Positions 9,032 through 17,423 of a DNA stretch of 20,000 bases are shown here, piece by piece (the stretch's first letter is position 1; every line of letters begins with the position of its first letter). This stretch comes from an uncultured virus (IMG/VR IMGVR_UViG_3300020281_001556). Lineage: Duplodnaviria > Heunggongvirae > Uroviricota > Caudoviricetes. Location: the IMG/VR virus record IMGVR_UViG_3300020281_001556. One strand, 5' to 3'. The position numbers and the translations under genes were made by a program. The notes beneath the pieces were generated by a model. That model was given only the letters and a program-made list of their open reading frames with translations, had not been told where the DNA came from and searched no databases.

Positions 9032-9734
9032 AAACTATGACTAAATTATCAAAGTCTGGCCTAGGATATACTTCTTCAACTCTGCTTGGTGGAAAAGGAA
9101 TCTTTTTGCTTTTATCTATTCTAGGATCATGATATGTATGATGTATGTTTGTTTCTTTTCCATAACCTACACCCATTATAAATCTAAACTCCATAGCTCT
9201 TTCGTCATCAAAGATATTAAATATCTCTCCAGCACGTTGTCTATTTTTTACTATGTTTTGACACATACCTGTTTGTATACCTCTGTTTGCTAAAGCTAAC
9301 ATGATGTAAGCACTAAAAATACCTATCTCAATGTTTTCTGTTCTTGTCTGATCTCCGTGTGGATCATTAGTTCTTTCTTGTCCTTTACCGTATCCGTCTA
9401 ACTTGCCTCTATCAGATTCTGTTTCGTATCTACGTTCAAGATCACCTACCCATCTGCTGTTAAAGCCTAGCAACCAAGGAGATAAAACCTGTGGATTGCC
9501 GTGGTCTTCTTCAATAGACATGTGGGCGTTTCGTTGACATATTGTCATTATTTCTTTTCTAATTTCTAGATTGTCGTTTCTTAGTAATCTAACTTGGTAT
9601 GGAAATTGTAAATTTTTACTTGGAATATGAAGATATACTTCTTTAAGTGCATCTACAATTATTTCCTTGTCCGGCACACGGTCTTGCCAGGCAAAGGTTG
9701 TATGTCTAGATTGTATTAGATCGAGCCAGTCCAT
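9024..9734 (-). CDS. Nitroreductase-fold flavoprotein
   Basis: IQSRHTTFAW (RxSxRxF-like), PSKNLQFPY (PSxxNxQPW-like), IMLALANRGIQTG, MGVGY. Confidence 0.7.
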   Translation of the reverse strand: MDWLDLIQSRHTTFAWQDRVPDKEIIVDALKEVYLHIPSKNLQFPYQVRLLRNDNLEIRKEIMTICQRNAHMSIEEDHGNPQVLSPWLLGFNSRWVGDLERRYETESDRGKLDGYGKGQERTNDPHGDQTRTENIEIGIFSAYIMLALANRGIQTGMCQNIVKNRQRAGEIFNIFDDERAMEFRFIMGVGYGKETNIHHTYHDPRIDKSKKIPFPPSRVEEVYPRPDFDNLVIVCE

Positions 9735-9744
9735 TACTTAATCC

Positions 9745-10827
9745 TTAGATTAAGTTAGCCCATGCACCGTTTTCGTAACCTTGGAACTTGTTAAGTGTAG
9801 TATTGTAAATGATCATTCCATTAGCGGCTGTAAGTGCATCTCTTTCAGTAGTTGTTAAGTTACCCATTAACATTGATCCAGTAACTTTTGCATCACCTGA
9901 AACATGCAAAGTTGCATCTGGTTCAGCGGCGATGTTACCACCAATACCAACTTTACCATTTTTGTATATTCTTACATGCTGAGTATTAGTTGTTACTCCA
10001 CCTGGTTGAGGAATGAATACGATTTGATTTTCTGTAACACTTATTGTTGATATTGTTGTTTTGGTTCCGTTATCATTTTTTACGAAAACCAATCTACCAA
10101 CAGCATCTGTCAATCCAACTGTTCCTGTAGTGAATCTTTCATATACAACTCTTGATGCATCATCTGTTTTCTGCACATCTACTTGATCTTGAATCTTCAT
10201 AGGTTTTGTTGTGCTGATCAAAGTACCACCAGCTTGTCTAGGTGAAATAGTGTTAGTTAAAACAGTATCTGCTTTTGCATTAGTAACAGTTACATCAGTT
10301 CCATTTAATGATCCGTCAATAGCATCTACCAGTACAGTTGAGTTATCTGAAAACACTGAACCTGTCAATCCACCTACAACATATCCTGTTACATTACCTA
10401 CGACATCACCAACTACAGCACCAGTGTGCGAACCTGCTGTATCACCTGTAAGGTTACCTACAATACCACTGGAAGCAACTACAGTAGTTGTATTAACTGG
10501 ACCTACTATTTGTCCATTGATTGCATCAACTAAAAGTGTTGAATCATCACCATAAATGTTACCTCTAATATCCAAAGCTGGATTATTTGAAGCCGCCCAT
10601 TGCGAACCATTATATACTAATATTTGATCTTTTTGTGCTGATAAAGCCTGGACGTTACCCAAGTCTTCTAAATTCTGTGTGGAAACGGAAACAGCAATAC
10701 CACCCTGTGTAGCACCGTCGCCTACGAATACTTCCTTGCTACCTGTATCATAAACAAGTTCTCCTTCAGCAGGGGTGAAAGCGGCTCTGTCTACACTATT
10801 GCCACGTTTTATTTTTAGAGTTCCCAT
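9745..10827 (-). CDS. Tail fibre/spike-like virion protein with Mtd-N-like N-terminus
   Basis: KIKRG...PAEGELVYDT..EVFVGDG N-terminus; G/V/T-rich repeats; GKVGIG..P.ATLHVSG; C-terminal TTTERDAL..ANGMIIYNTT..KFQGY..W; SD AGGAG. Confidence 0.75.
   Translation of the reverse strand: MGTLKIKRGNSVDRAAFTPAEGELVYDTGSKEVFVGDGATQGGIAVSVSTQNLEDLGNVQALSAQKDQILVYNGSQWAASNNPALDIRGNIYGDDSTLLVDAINGQIVGPVNTTTVVASSGIVGNLTGDTAGSHTGAVVGDVVGNVTGYVVGGLTGSVFSDNSTVLVDAIDGSLNGTDVTVTNAKADTVLTNTISPRQAGGTLISTTKPMKIQDQVDVQKTDDASRVVYERFTTGTVGLTDAVGRLVFVKNDNGTKTTISTISVTENQIVFIPQPGGVTTNTQHVRIYKNGKVGIGGNIAAEPDATLHVSGDAKVTGSMLMGNLTTTERDALTAANGMIIYNTTLNKFQGYENGAWANLI
10306..10572 (-). repeat. Internal protein repeats in the fibre gene
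   Basis: GNIYGDDSTLLVDAING and GSVFSDNSTVLVDAIDG flank nine Gly at 4-residue spacing (G124-G156). Confidence 0.8.
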
Positions 10828-10854
10828 TTATTGCTCCTAATTCATTGTTATTTG

Positions 10855-10861
10855 TATTTAT
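10855..10861 (-). promoter_or_regulatory. Putative late promoter (ATAAATA) for fibre-led operon
   Basis: Minus strand cATAAATA in the short intergenic gap, followed by AGGAG and ATG 10827. Confidence 0.6.
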
Positions 10862-10878
10862 GCCAAAAGCATCATTCT

Positions 10879-11193
10879 CTACTTCTTCTTTTTAGATGGG
10901 TTTTTCATAAATGCACGGGTGCGTTTTTCTATATCCCGCTTTAGTCTTGCAGTATTCAGCCTAAAATCCACATGCAAAATATCGTCGCCGTATTCTCCGA
11001 ATAGGTCAGCGATAGTTTTGTCAAGATTTTCACCAGTGGTTCTCTTAGCATTGCAGTCTATTTCCCAAACTCTACCCTTCTTGAACTCTATTCTAATAAA
11101 ACTCAAATAATCTATGGGTAGAGTATGTATGTCAATGTCTTTGAAAACTTCCGGCCAGTGTCTTATAATATCATCAGGAAGCCGCTTCGGCAC
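10879..11193 (-). CDS. Hypothetical phage protein
   Basis: ORF track 10879..11223; GTG at 11193 gives a shorter overlap with the upstream gene. Confidence 0.65.
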   Translation of the reverse strand: MPKRLPDDIIRHWPEVFKDIDIHTLPIDYLSFIRIEFKKGRVWEIDCNAKRTTGENLDKTIADLFGEYGDDILHVDFRLNTARLKRDIEKRTRAFMKNPSKKKK

Positions 11194-11830
11194 TGGCTTT
11201 GCTTTTCTTTTTGGTAGGAACAAGTTCTTCCGCTTGTTCTCTAAGACTTTTTGCTTCTTTAAAAAGTCTATCTGCCTGTGATCTATAGCTTGCCGCTAAA
11301 TCCTCATCTGACAGTACACCGTTGTCTGGTGCTTGTACTCTTGCCGCCTGTGCTTCTGCTTGAACGTTAGTTGTTTTAGGCATTTCGCTTACTGATCCTG
11401 CTTCTTGTACAGTTGTACCTTCGGGCATTTCGTTAGGATCCTTAAGGGCCAATCCAGCTATAGTTGTGCCTCTTTGTTCTGCAATAACTTTATTGAGTTC
11501 ATCTAAACCAATTGTATAATTTGGTGTAGGCATCATTTCAATGTCTGTCATTGCAATTTTTTGTAATTTTCCTGTTGCATGAAAATTAGCTAACATGTTT
11601 GCTCCATCTGATAATGGAGTTCTTGCCATTACTTCAGCAAACTCAAATGCTTCTTGACCTGCTGGACTTTCAACAGTTTTTATAAGTGTTTCATGGTCCG
11701 CATCACTTAATGAAGCAGTATCAATTACGAGAGAGTTTGTTGGAGTTTCTTCGCCTGGAATAACTCTATAAGCGACAACAACTTTACGTTGGTTGCTTTT
11801 GAGTCTTCCTACGTGTTTAATTTCCGACAT
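11174..11830 (-). CDS. Hypothetical phage protein with C-terminal coiled coil
   Basis: 218-aa ORF, TAATG coupling to upstream gene, LAASYRSQADRLFKEAKSLREQAEEL helix. Confidence 0.8.
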   Translation of the reverse strand: MSEIKHVGRLKSNQRKVVVAYRVIPGEETPTNSLVIDTASLSDADHETLIKTVESPAGQEAFEFAEVMARTPLSDGANMLANFHATGKLQKIAMTDIEMMPTPNYTIGLDELNKVIAEQRGTTIAGLALKDPNEMPEGTTVQEAGSVSEMPKTTNVQAEAQAARVQAPDNGVLSDEDLAASYRSQADRLFKEAKSLREQAEELVPTKKKSKASAEAAS

Positions 11831-12105
11831 TACTTGTCTCCTTTAGACTCTTCCTTATTAGCATCATTGGCCTTCTTAGCTTCTTCTTCAGCTTTTTGAA
11901 CCTGCTGTAGGAATGTGTCTAGCTTGTTATATGTTTTACCAACGGCTTCCATTTCGTTGGCTTTAAATGCTCCTCTTTGAGAAGCTACATCGATAATTGA
12001 TCTAAGAACTCCTAGATCTTGAACAGTCAGTTCAACTGGCTTAACTTCACCCGATGCAGGTGCAGTAGCTTGTGGTTGAGCTGGTGCTTTATTTTCTTCA
12101 GACAT
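11830..12105 (-). CDS. Hypothetical phage protein
   Basis: 91-aa ORF with AAGGAG SD; core ELTVQDL..IIDVASQRGAFKA.EM..VG..YNKL. Confidence 0.8.
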   Translation of the reverse strand: MSEENKAPAQPQATAPASGEVKPVELTVQDLGVLRSIIDVASQRGAFKANEMEAVGKTYNKLDTFLQQVQKAEEEAKKANDANKEESKGDK

Positions 12106-12140
12106 ATTTCATACTCCTTGTACATTATATATGTATATTA

Positions 12141-12147
12141 TATTTAC
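12141..12147 (-). promoter_or_regulatory. Possible late promoter (GTAAATA)
   Basis: TAAATA overlapping the upstream stop codon, followed by AT-rich leader and SD. Confidence 0.4.
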
Positions 12148-12428
12148 TTGTATTTTAAAAGTGGACACGCCAAAACGAAATAAGAAAGCTCTTTTGGATC
12201 TTCAAATCCGACTCTTAATACACTTTCTACTTTGTTTTCTTTAGTCAAACCCACGGTCTTACCCAAGAAATATCGCTTTTTAAGATTACTTTCTATCCAT
12301 TTTGACAGAGCTTTTTCCATGTTATATACCTGTGGAAGGTCAATCACAGAAAGATGTTTGGGTTGAAATTTCAACCTTCTTATATCAAAAAAGTCTTGCG
12401 GACTAATTTTAGTCCTTAACATGCTCAT
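12144..12428 (-). CDS. Hypothetical phage protein
   Basis: 94-aa ORF tightly packed between neighbours. Confidence 0.7.
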   Translation of the reverse strand: MSMLRTKISPQDFFDIRRLKFQPKHLSVIDLPQVYNMEKALSKWIESNLKKRYFLGKTVGLTKENKVESVLRVGFEDPKELSYFVLACPLLKYK

Positions 12429-12431
12429 ATA

Positions 12432-13691
12432 CTACGCCGCCTCCTCGTAATGGGCAGTTACACCAAAAGGTGCTTGTAATGTTTTATCTCTGTTTCCGTG
12501 TATAACAAATACTGTTTCACAGTAATCTTCATCTCCCCAGCTCTCCCAAGGATAACCATCTGTAAACATGATAAACTTTTTAGGCTGAATATCATGCTCT
12601 TTCATGTAAGCCCAATTGGCCATAAAGTCTGTGCCACCACCGCCCATTGGTTTGTAATTACTGATATCTTCACCGTCTACAGATGTAAAGTCTTGTTCGT
12701 TGTACACCTTTGTATCGAAACACCAGATCTTTAAGTTGTATTCTTTGAATTCATCCATAATACCTTTAACTTCTGATAGGAATATTTTTGCTTGGTCATC
12801 ACCAATAGAACCACTCATATCAATACCAATTGCCGCATCAATCTGTTGATCAAAGTTCATGCCTGGCAAAACAACGCCAGTATGCCAACCTTTCCTACTT
12901 GGTCTACTAAAAGTATAATCGTTTTTAATTGTAGCTTGAATCTGTTGTCTAAGAATGTCTCTCCAGTTCATTTTTGGCTCTGTAAGTTGTTTGATCATTC
13001 TTTCGATCTCGCCAGGAACATTACCAGCACCGGCGGCCTGTGCCGCTGACATCATATTTTCTTTTATTTCATCTCTAATTTTTTTCAGTTGTTCTTTTGT
13101 GTAAGTAGGCCTATTTCCTTTACCTTTGCCTTTTTTCTTATTACCTTTCTGCGGTTTCTCCCAATCAACATGTTCATCTAGAAGTTGACCAAGTTTTTCT
13201 AATTCTTCTTGATCATATTTTTTATGTATAGCATCATACACTTCTTCTGATGACCAGCCTTCATATTTCCAATCCTGGAAAATTGGAATCATCTTTACAG
13301 GATCGCCTATTTTATCTCTTACTAACGTATTGTTTACAATATAATCACATGCAATATTATATATTTGCGGATCTCTATCTTCACGCCTTATAATATGGTC
13401 AAATACACAATGAAGTATTTCATGTGCAATAACAAATTCTATTTCTTTGTTTGTAAGTGCATTAAAAAATTGTGTATTATAATATAAGTTTCTGCCATCA
13501 GTTGCGGCAGTAGGACACCAATCATCGCAATGTTGTACCTTCATTCTGGTAGCCATATTGCCAAAAAACGGATGTCTTAGTAGTAAACCTACTCTAGCAA
13601 CAATAATTCGATCAGTTACATCAGCTCTCATTTTAAAGAGCTCTTCGTCTGTTAGTTCTTTAGGTTCAAAACCTTTAGTATCGATTGTCAT
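12432..13691 (-). CDS. Metallopeptidase-vWA protein (DUF2201-like)
   Basis: TAATDG, HEILH (HExxH), NIACD..VN; vWA MIDAS DMSGS, GGGGTDF, FTDG; SD AGGAGG. Confidence 0.9.
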   Translation of the reverse strand: MTIDTKGFEPKELTDEELFKMRADVTDRIIVARVGLLLRHPFFGNMATRMKVQHCDDWCPTAATDGRNLYYNTQFFNALTNKEIEFVIAHEILHCVFDHIIRREDRDPQIYNIACDYIVNNTLVRDKIGDPVKMIPIFQDWKYEGWSSEEVYDAIHKKYDQEELEKLGQLLDEHVDWEKPQKGNKKKGKGKGNRPTYTKEQLKKIRDEIKENMMSAAQAAGAGNVPGEIERMIKQLTEPKMNWRDILRQQIQATIKNDYTFSRPSRKGWHTGVVLPGMNFDQQIDAAIGIDMSGSIGDDQAKIFLSEVKGIMDEFKEYNLKIWCFDTKVYNEQDFTSVDGEDISNYKPMGGGGTDFMANWAYMKEHDIQPKKFIMFTDGYPWESWGDEDYCETVFVIHGNRDKTLQAPFGVTAHYEEAA

Positions 13692-13726
13692 AGTTGCCTC
13701 CTAGTTCAGTGCCTTATTATGTTTAT

Positions 13727-13755
13727 ATAATACTATATTTAACATCATTTGTCAA
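13727..13755 (-). promoter_or_regulatory. Sigma70-type promoter for the vWA gene
   Basis: TTGACA (13755-13750), 17-nt spacer, TATTAT (13732-13727). Confidence 0.75.
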
Positions 13756-13758
13756 GTG

Positions 13759-13790
13759 AAAAAGGACAGTTTTGATAAAGAAGACTGTCC
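13759..13790 (-). terminator. Intrinsic terminator after AAA ATPase gene
   Basis: Minus strand GGACAGT-13 nt-ACTGTCC stem followed by TTTTT. Confidence 0.6.
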
Positions 13791-13804
13791 AAACTCCTTG
13801 TGCC

Positions 13805-14896
13805 TTAGGCACTCTGTGCGGCTGTAATATACTTACCGAAGCGATTATGGAACTCATCAAAACACTCGACCTCATCTGGGTCAATTGGAAGTGAGTACTG
13901 AGTGAGGGCTAACTTGATACCCATAACAACCAATTCTGTGTCGAAGTTGTCCATAGCAAATTGTAAGAAGTTGTTTACCATAGTATCGAACTTCTTATTA
14001 CCTTTGTCACATGCTTCTTTCAGTTCATAGCATAGCGAGACCGTTAAGGAATACATGGCACTGATTTCTTTGGTCTCAATTTCCTTCACCTTACCATTTA
14101 AAATGTCTACTGGATCAGGAAGTTTTGAAGCAACCTTACGATGCGCCATGAACTTTACGGCAAGTCCTTCGCCGACTGCACCACTTACCAAGTCGGTAGT
14201 GGTATTCTCGTCATCATCGTCTTCGAGTAATTCGGAAACGAATGACCAAGAACGAGGTGTTGCAAAAGATCTACTTGGACTTTTAGGATCAAAGTCATAC
14301 AAGTCTTTCTTTGCAAATGTCAAATAACCTACAACATCTTCGTGGATGTCATTTGTTACTGCCCACTGAAACCAATCATCAAAATTAACTGATAGTTCCA
14401 AGTGTACAAATCTGTTTGCCAACGGAGCAGGCATTCTATAAGTAACACCTTTGTCAGCTTCTCTGTTACCTGCGGCAACAATCACAACGTTTTCTGGCAA
14501 ATGATATGTGCCTACACGTCTATTAAGAATAAGTTGATATGCCGCGGCCTGCACTGCCGGAGGAGCAGAATTCATTTCGTCCATAAACAGGATAATTGTA
14601 TCGTACTTTTTAGCAGTTGCGGCATCGGGCAATTCTGCCGGAGGTGCCCATACCATTGTATTTTGATTGCTATCAAAGTATGGAATACCTTTTATGTCTG
14701 TAGGTTCCCAAAGAGATAGTCTAATATCTATTACTAGTGATTTTTTGTATTCAGAACCAATCTGATGAACAATCTCAGACTTACCAATGCCTGGAGGTCC
14801 CCATATAAAAATCGGTCTTTTCTTCTTAAATGCCCTACGAATGCTACTTTTAGCTTGATTCGGGCTTACAGTTCTTAGTGCTATATTATCTGCCAT
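13805..14896 (-). CDS. MoxR-like AAA+ ATPase
   Basis: Walker A GPPGIGKS, Walker B ILFMDE, sensor AAGN, LANRF Arg finger, TPRSW; SD AAGGAG. Confidence 0.92.
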   Translation of the reverse strand: MADNIALRTVSPNQAKSSIRRAFKKKRPIFIWGPPGIGKSEIVHQIGSEYKKSLVIDIRLSLWEPTDIKGIPYFDSNQNTMVWAPPAELPDAATAKKYDTIILFMDEMNSAPPAVQAAAYQLILNRRVGTYHLPENVVIVAAGNREADKGVTYRMPAPLANRFVHLELSVNFDDWFQWAVTNDIHEDVVGYLTFAKKDLYDFDPKSPSRSFATPRSWSFVSELLEDDDDENTTTDLVSGAVGEGLAVKFMAHRKVASKLPDPVDILNGKVKEIETKEISAMYSLTVSLCYELKEACDKGNKKFDTMVNNFLQFAMDNFDTELVVMGIKLALTQYSLPIDPDEVECFDEFHNRFGKYITAAQSA

Positions 14897-14945
14897 GTGT
14901 TGTACTCCTTCTAGTTGTCAGTGCCTAATTTCTAACTATGTATAC

Positions 14946-14973
14946 AGTATAGCACCTCTAGGATAAAAGTCAA
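14946..14973 (-). promoter_or_regulatory. Sigma70-type promoter with extended -10 for the AAA gene
   Basis: TTGACT (14973-14968), 16-nt spacer ending TGc, TATACT (14951-14946); A-rich tract upstream. Confidence 0.7.
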
Positions 14974-14995
14974 CCTCTTTTTTACCAAAATATAA

Positions 14996-15376
14996 TTATT
15001 TTTGACGTTCTATAGCTTTTATTAGTCCATACTTTCTAAGATCTCCGGAGAAAAGATGCAGTTCCATCGACTTCTTTTCGTCCGTTACATGAATGCTTCT
15101 TGGAGTCAAATAGTATGGGCAAGTAATAAATTGGTCTAAAAATATTACTGTTTGAGTAGTCATTTTTAAATCTTTTGGAAAAGGAATCTCGTAAAATTGT
15201 AGATCTAGTTTTTCCACACAAAAATCATATCCGTCATCAGTCAGTCGCAATCCACCATCTTTTTTGTCGCGAGTATTCTGCCACCATAAAGGCATATACT
15301 CTTTCATTGATGCTTCGCTAATTGCTATGTTGGCTGATTTAAGGAAGATCTTTGTGTATGTTTCTTTCCAGTTCAT
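14996..15376 (-). CDS. Hypothetical phage protein
   Basis: 126-aa ORF, ATGA-coupled to upstream gene. Confidence 0.8.
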   Translation of the reverse strand: MNWKETYTKIFLKSANIAISEASMKEYMPLWWQNTRDKKDGGLRLTDDGYDFCVEKLDLQFYEIPFPKDLKMTTQTVIFLDQFITCPYYLTPRSIHVTDEKKSMELHLFSGDLRKYGLIKAIERQK

Positions 15377-15663
15377 TCATCGGTTACCGTTTCGCCTTGT
15401 GTCAGTTTGTATACTTCAAAATCTTTCGTGTTGAATAGGTCATTCATTTTTTTTGCAAGATTGTGAGCATGTCCCGGATTTGAAAAAGAAACTTTCTTAT
15501 ATTTAGGTCCTGGATAGTTTGTAATAGCATTTGATGTTTTTAAGTTAAAAGGTGCACCTTGATAAAAAACTGCCCATATGGCATCAGCCTTCAAGACTTG
15601 TTCGCACTTGTAGGATGCCTTATCTACATTTTCTAATAGGACTGTTGGTTTTGGTCTACTCAT
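15373..15663 (-). CDS. Hypothetical phage protein
   Basis: 96-aa ORF with AAGGA SD. Confidence 0.8.
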   Translation of the reverse strand: MSRPKPTVLLENVDKASYKCEQVLKADAIWAVFYQGAPFNLKTSNAITNYPGPKYKKVSFSNPGHAHNLAKKMNDLFNTKDFEVYKLTQGETVTDE

Positions 15664-15693
15664 ATGTGTAATCCTTTTTATAAACTACACATA

Positions 15694-15700
15694 TATTTAT
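15694..15700 (-). promoter_or_regulatory. Putative late promoter (ATAAATA)
   Basis: gATAAATA in the intergenic gap about 30 nt upstream of ATG 15663. Confidence 0.55.
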
Positions 15701-15726
15701 CTCTTTTTAAGAGTTATGTTGGTGTT

Positions 15727-15972
15727 TTACTTCCAACCTGATCCGCCATCCATTGTAACTGTAACAACTTCATCGCCGCTAGACTTGTTATCAATCACTA
15801 ATTGTTCAAGTCTATTTGCTTGGTTTGCCATTACTGTGGATAAAGCGAATACTAAAGCCTTGGCTTGTTGTGTTGGTATTCTTATTTCCTTATGATTACC
15901 AGCATCAGCAGTTTTAACTTGTTGTATAAACTGTTGTATAGGAATAGTATTAATTGCTTCTTTTGTTTGCAT
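15727..15972 (-). CDS. Hypothetical phage protein
   Basis: 81-aa ORF with AGGAG SD, overlapping upstream gene end. Confidence 0.75.
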   Translation of the reverse strand: MQTKEAINTIPIQQFIQQVKTADAGNHKEIRIPTQQAKALVFALSTVMANQANRLEQLVIDNKSSGDEVVTVTMDGGSGWK

Positions 15973-16423
15973 TTGATAACTCCTGTCGCATAGTAAATTC
16001 AGTCTTAAAAGGACCTTTGTAAGGATACTTTTCTAAAGTTACTAATTTAGGACAAAAACTTCTTACCCAACCCTTATCAAATTGAATAATGTAATATCCT
16101 GCACAATATAAACTTTTACTCTTTTTACTTTTTGTAAATAATGGAAGTTTCTTTTGTACATTATACATTACATTATAAGGTGTTGTAGATGTGTTAAATC
16201 CGTGTATTTCTTTATGTCTTGTATCATCTGAAATACTTGTTTTATCCCAACTTACTCCACCTAAGAAAGTATTAAAAGATTTTGTATCATTGAAATACTC
16301 TGTGCCTGTTGCACAACTATACATATACCTTTTATCTTCTTGCTTAGATAAAGTTCCTATTCTTTCACCATCTGACTCGATGATCCAGAATTTATTTTTT
16401 AATATAGGTTTTGCCTTTATCAT
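15950..16423 (-). CDS. Hypothetical phage protein
   Basis: Start moved to ATG 16423 because GGAGG lies just upstream. Confidence 0.8.
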   Translation of the reverse strand: MIKAKPILKNKFWIIESDGERIGTLSKQEDKRYMYSCATGTEYFNDTKSFNTFLGGVSWDKTSISDDTRHKEIHGFNTSTTPYNVMYNVQKKLPLFTKSKKSKSLYCAGYYIIQFDKGWVRSFCPKLVTLEKYPYKGPFKTEFTMRQELSNANKRSN

Positions 16424-16433
16424 ACTGCCTCCT

Positions 16434-17417
16434 TTAAACATACTTTGCATTTAACGCCTCCGCATAAGTTTGCACATTGTCTGCAATTCTCTGCATATCG
16501 TGTTTTGCACAGAATTTCATTAGATGTAATCCAACCTGTGAAACCTTTTTAGGTTCCATAGCATCTTCAACTACATCATTTATAATCGATCTAATATTAC
16601 CAGGTTGTGCAGATAAGTCACAAAGAATAACGTTTCTATTGTAGTCATCAAGAACTCTATGTTCTGTACCTTCATGATCTATCCAACGTTGTAACATCAT
16701 ATTATTCCAATTAAAACCTTTTGTCTTTCTATCTGCAAATGCCTCTTGTAAGCCTACTTTGTTTTTTGTTCCTTTTGTTCTAACACCAGGATATGCACTG
16801 AATACATTATCACTTGTATCGCCTCGCATACATTTTTCAAATAGCATGAACTCTGGATTAGGAGCCTCTTTAGGTTTGCCTGTCTTTTTATCTATGATAG
16901 GTTGTTTTTTCTTATCATCAAAATAGCCTTCGTGTGTAATAATTGTGTTACTTACACCATTGTATTGCTTTACATTAGGAGCAATCAATTGTGCAAAGTC
17001 ACCATCTGTTGATATAATAACATGATTATCATTAGGGTGTGCTTGTATCCAACCTGCAATAAGATCATCTGCTTCTAAGTCTGGATGATGTAAAACACTA
17101 CAGTTTGTTTTGGTAGTTACAAACTCTTTCCATTCATCAAACATTTCCCAGAATACTTTATCTTCTTCCTGTTGTGATTCTGTCTGTGCCGCACGAGCAT
17201 CACTTCTGTTTCTTTTGTAAGGTTCATAAAAGTCTTTACGCCAGCTACGACCTTCTAAACAAAATACAACATGAGCACCTTCAAAATCTTGCCAAGCCTT
17301 TCTAATGCTTCCAAGTGTAATATGAAAAGCCATGCCTACCTTTGTATCAAGATCTCCACGTACCACGTGTCTTGCACGGAAAAATGTATTTGCGGTATCT
17401 ACAAGTATATAAGTCAT
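16434..17417 (-). CDS. rnh: T4-type RNase H / 5'-3' exonuclease (FEN-like)
   Basis: ILVDTANTFFR, WRKDFYEPYKRNR, LEADDLIA, STDGDF, RGDTSDNV..PGV; start at MTYILVD (17417). Confidence 0.88.
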   Translation of the reverse strand: MTYILVDTANTFFRARHVVRGDLDTKVGMAFHITLGSIRKAWQDFEGAHVVFCLEGRSWRKDFYEPYKRNRSDARAAQTESQQEEDKVFWEMFDEWKEFVTTKTNCSVLHHPDLEADDLIAGWIQAHPNDNHVIISTDGDFAQLIAPNVKQYNGVSNTIITHEGYFDDKKKQPIIDKKTGKPKEAPNPEFMLFEKCMRGDTSDNVFSAYPGVRTKGTKNKVGLQEAFADRKTKGFNWNNMMLQRWIDHEGTEHRVLDDYNRNVILCDLSAQPGNIRSIINDVVEDAMEPKKVSQVGLHLMKFCAKHDMQRIADNVQTYAEALNAKYV

Positions 17418-17423
17418 GTTATT

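Noticed and set aside
9745..10827. Diversity-generating retroelement suggested by the Mtd-N-like N-terminus
   Set aside because: No reverse transcriptase, no template/variable repeat pair and no C-type-lectin-like C-terminus seen in the window
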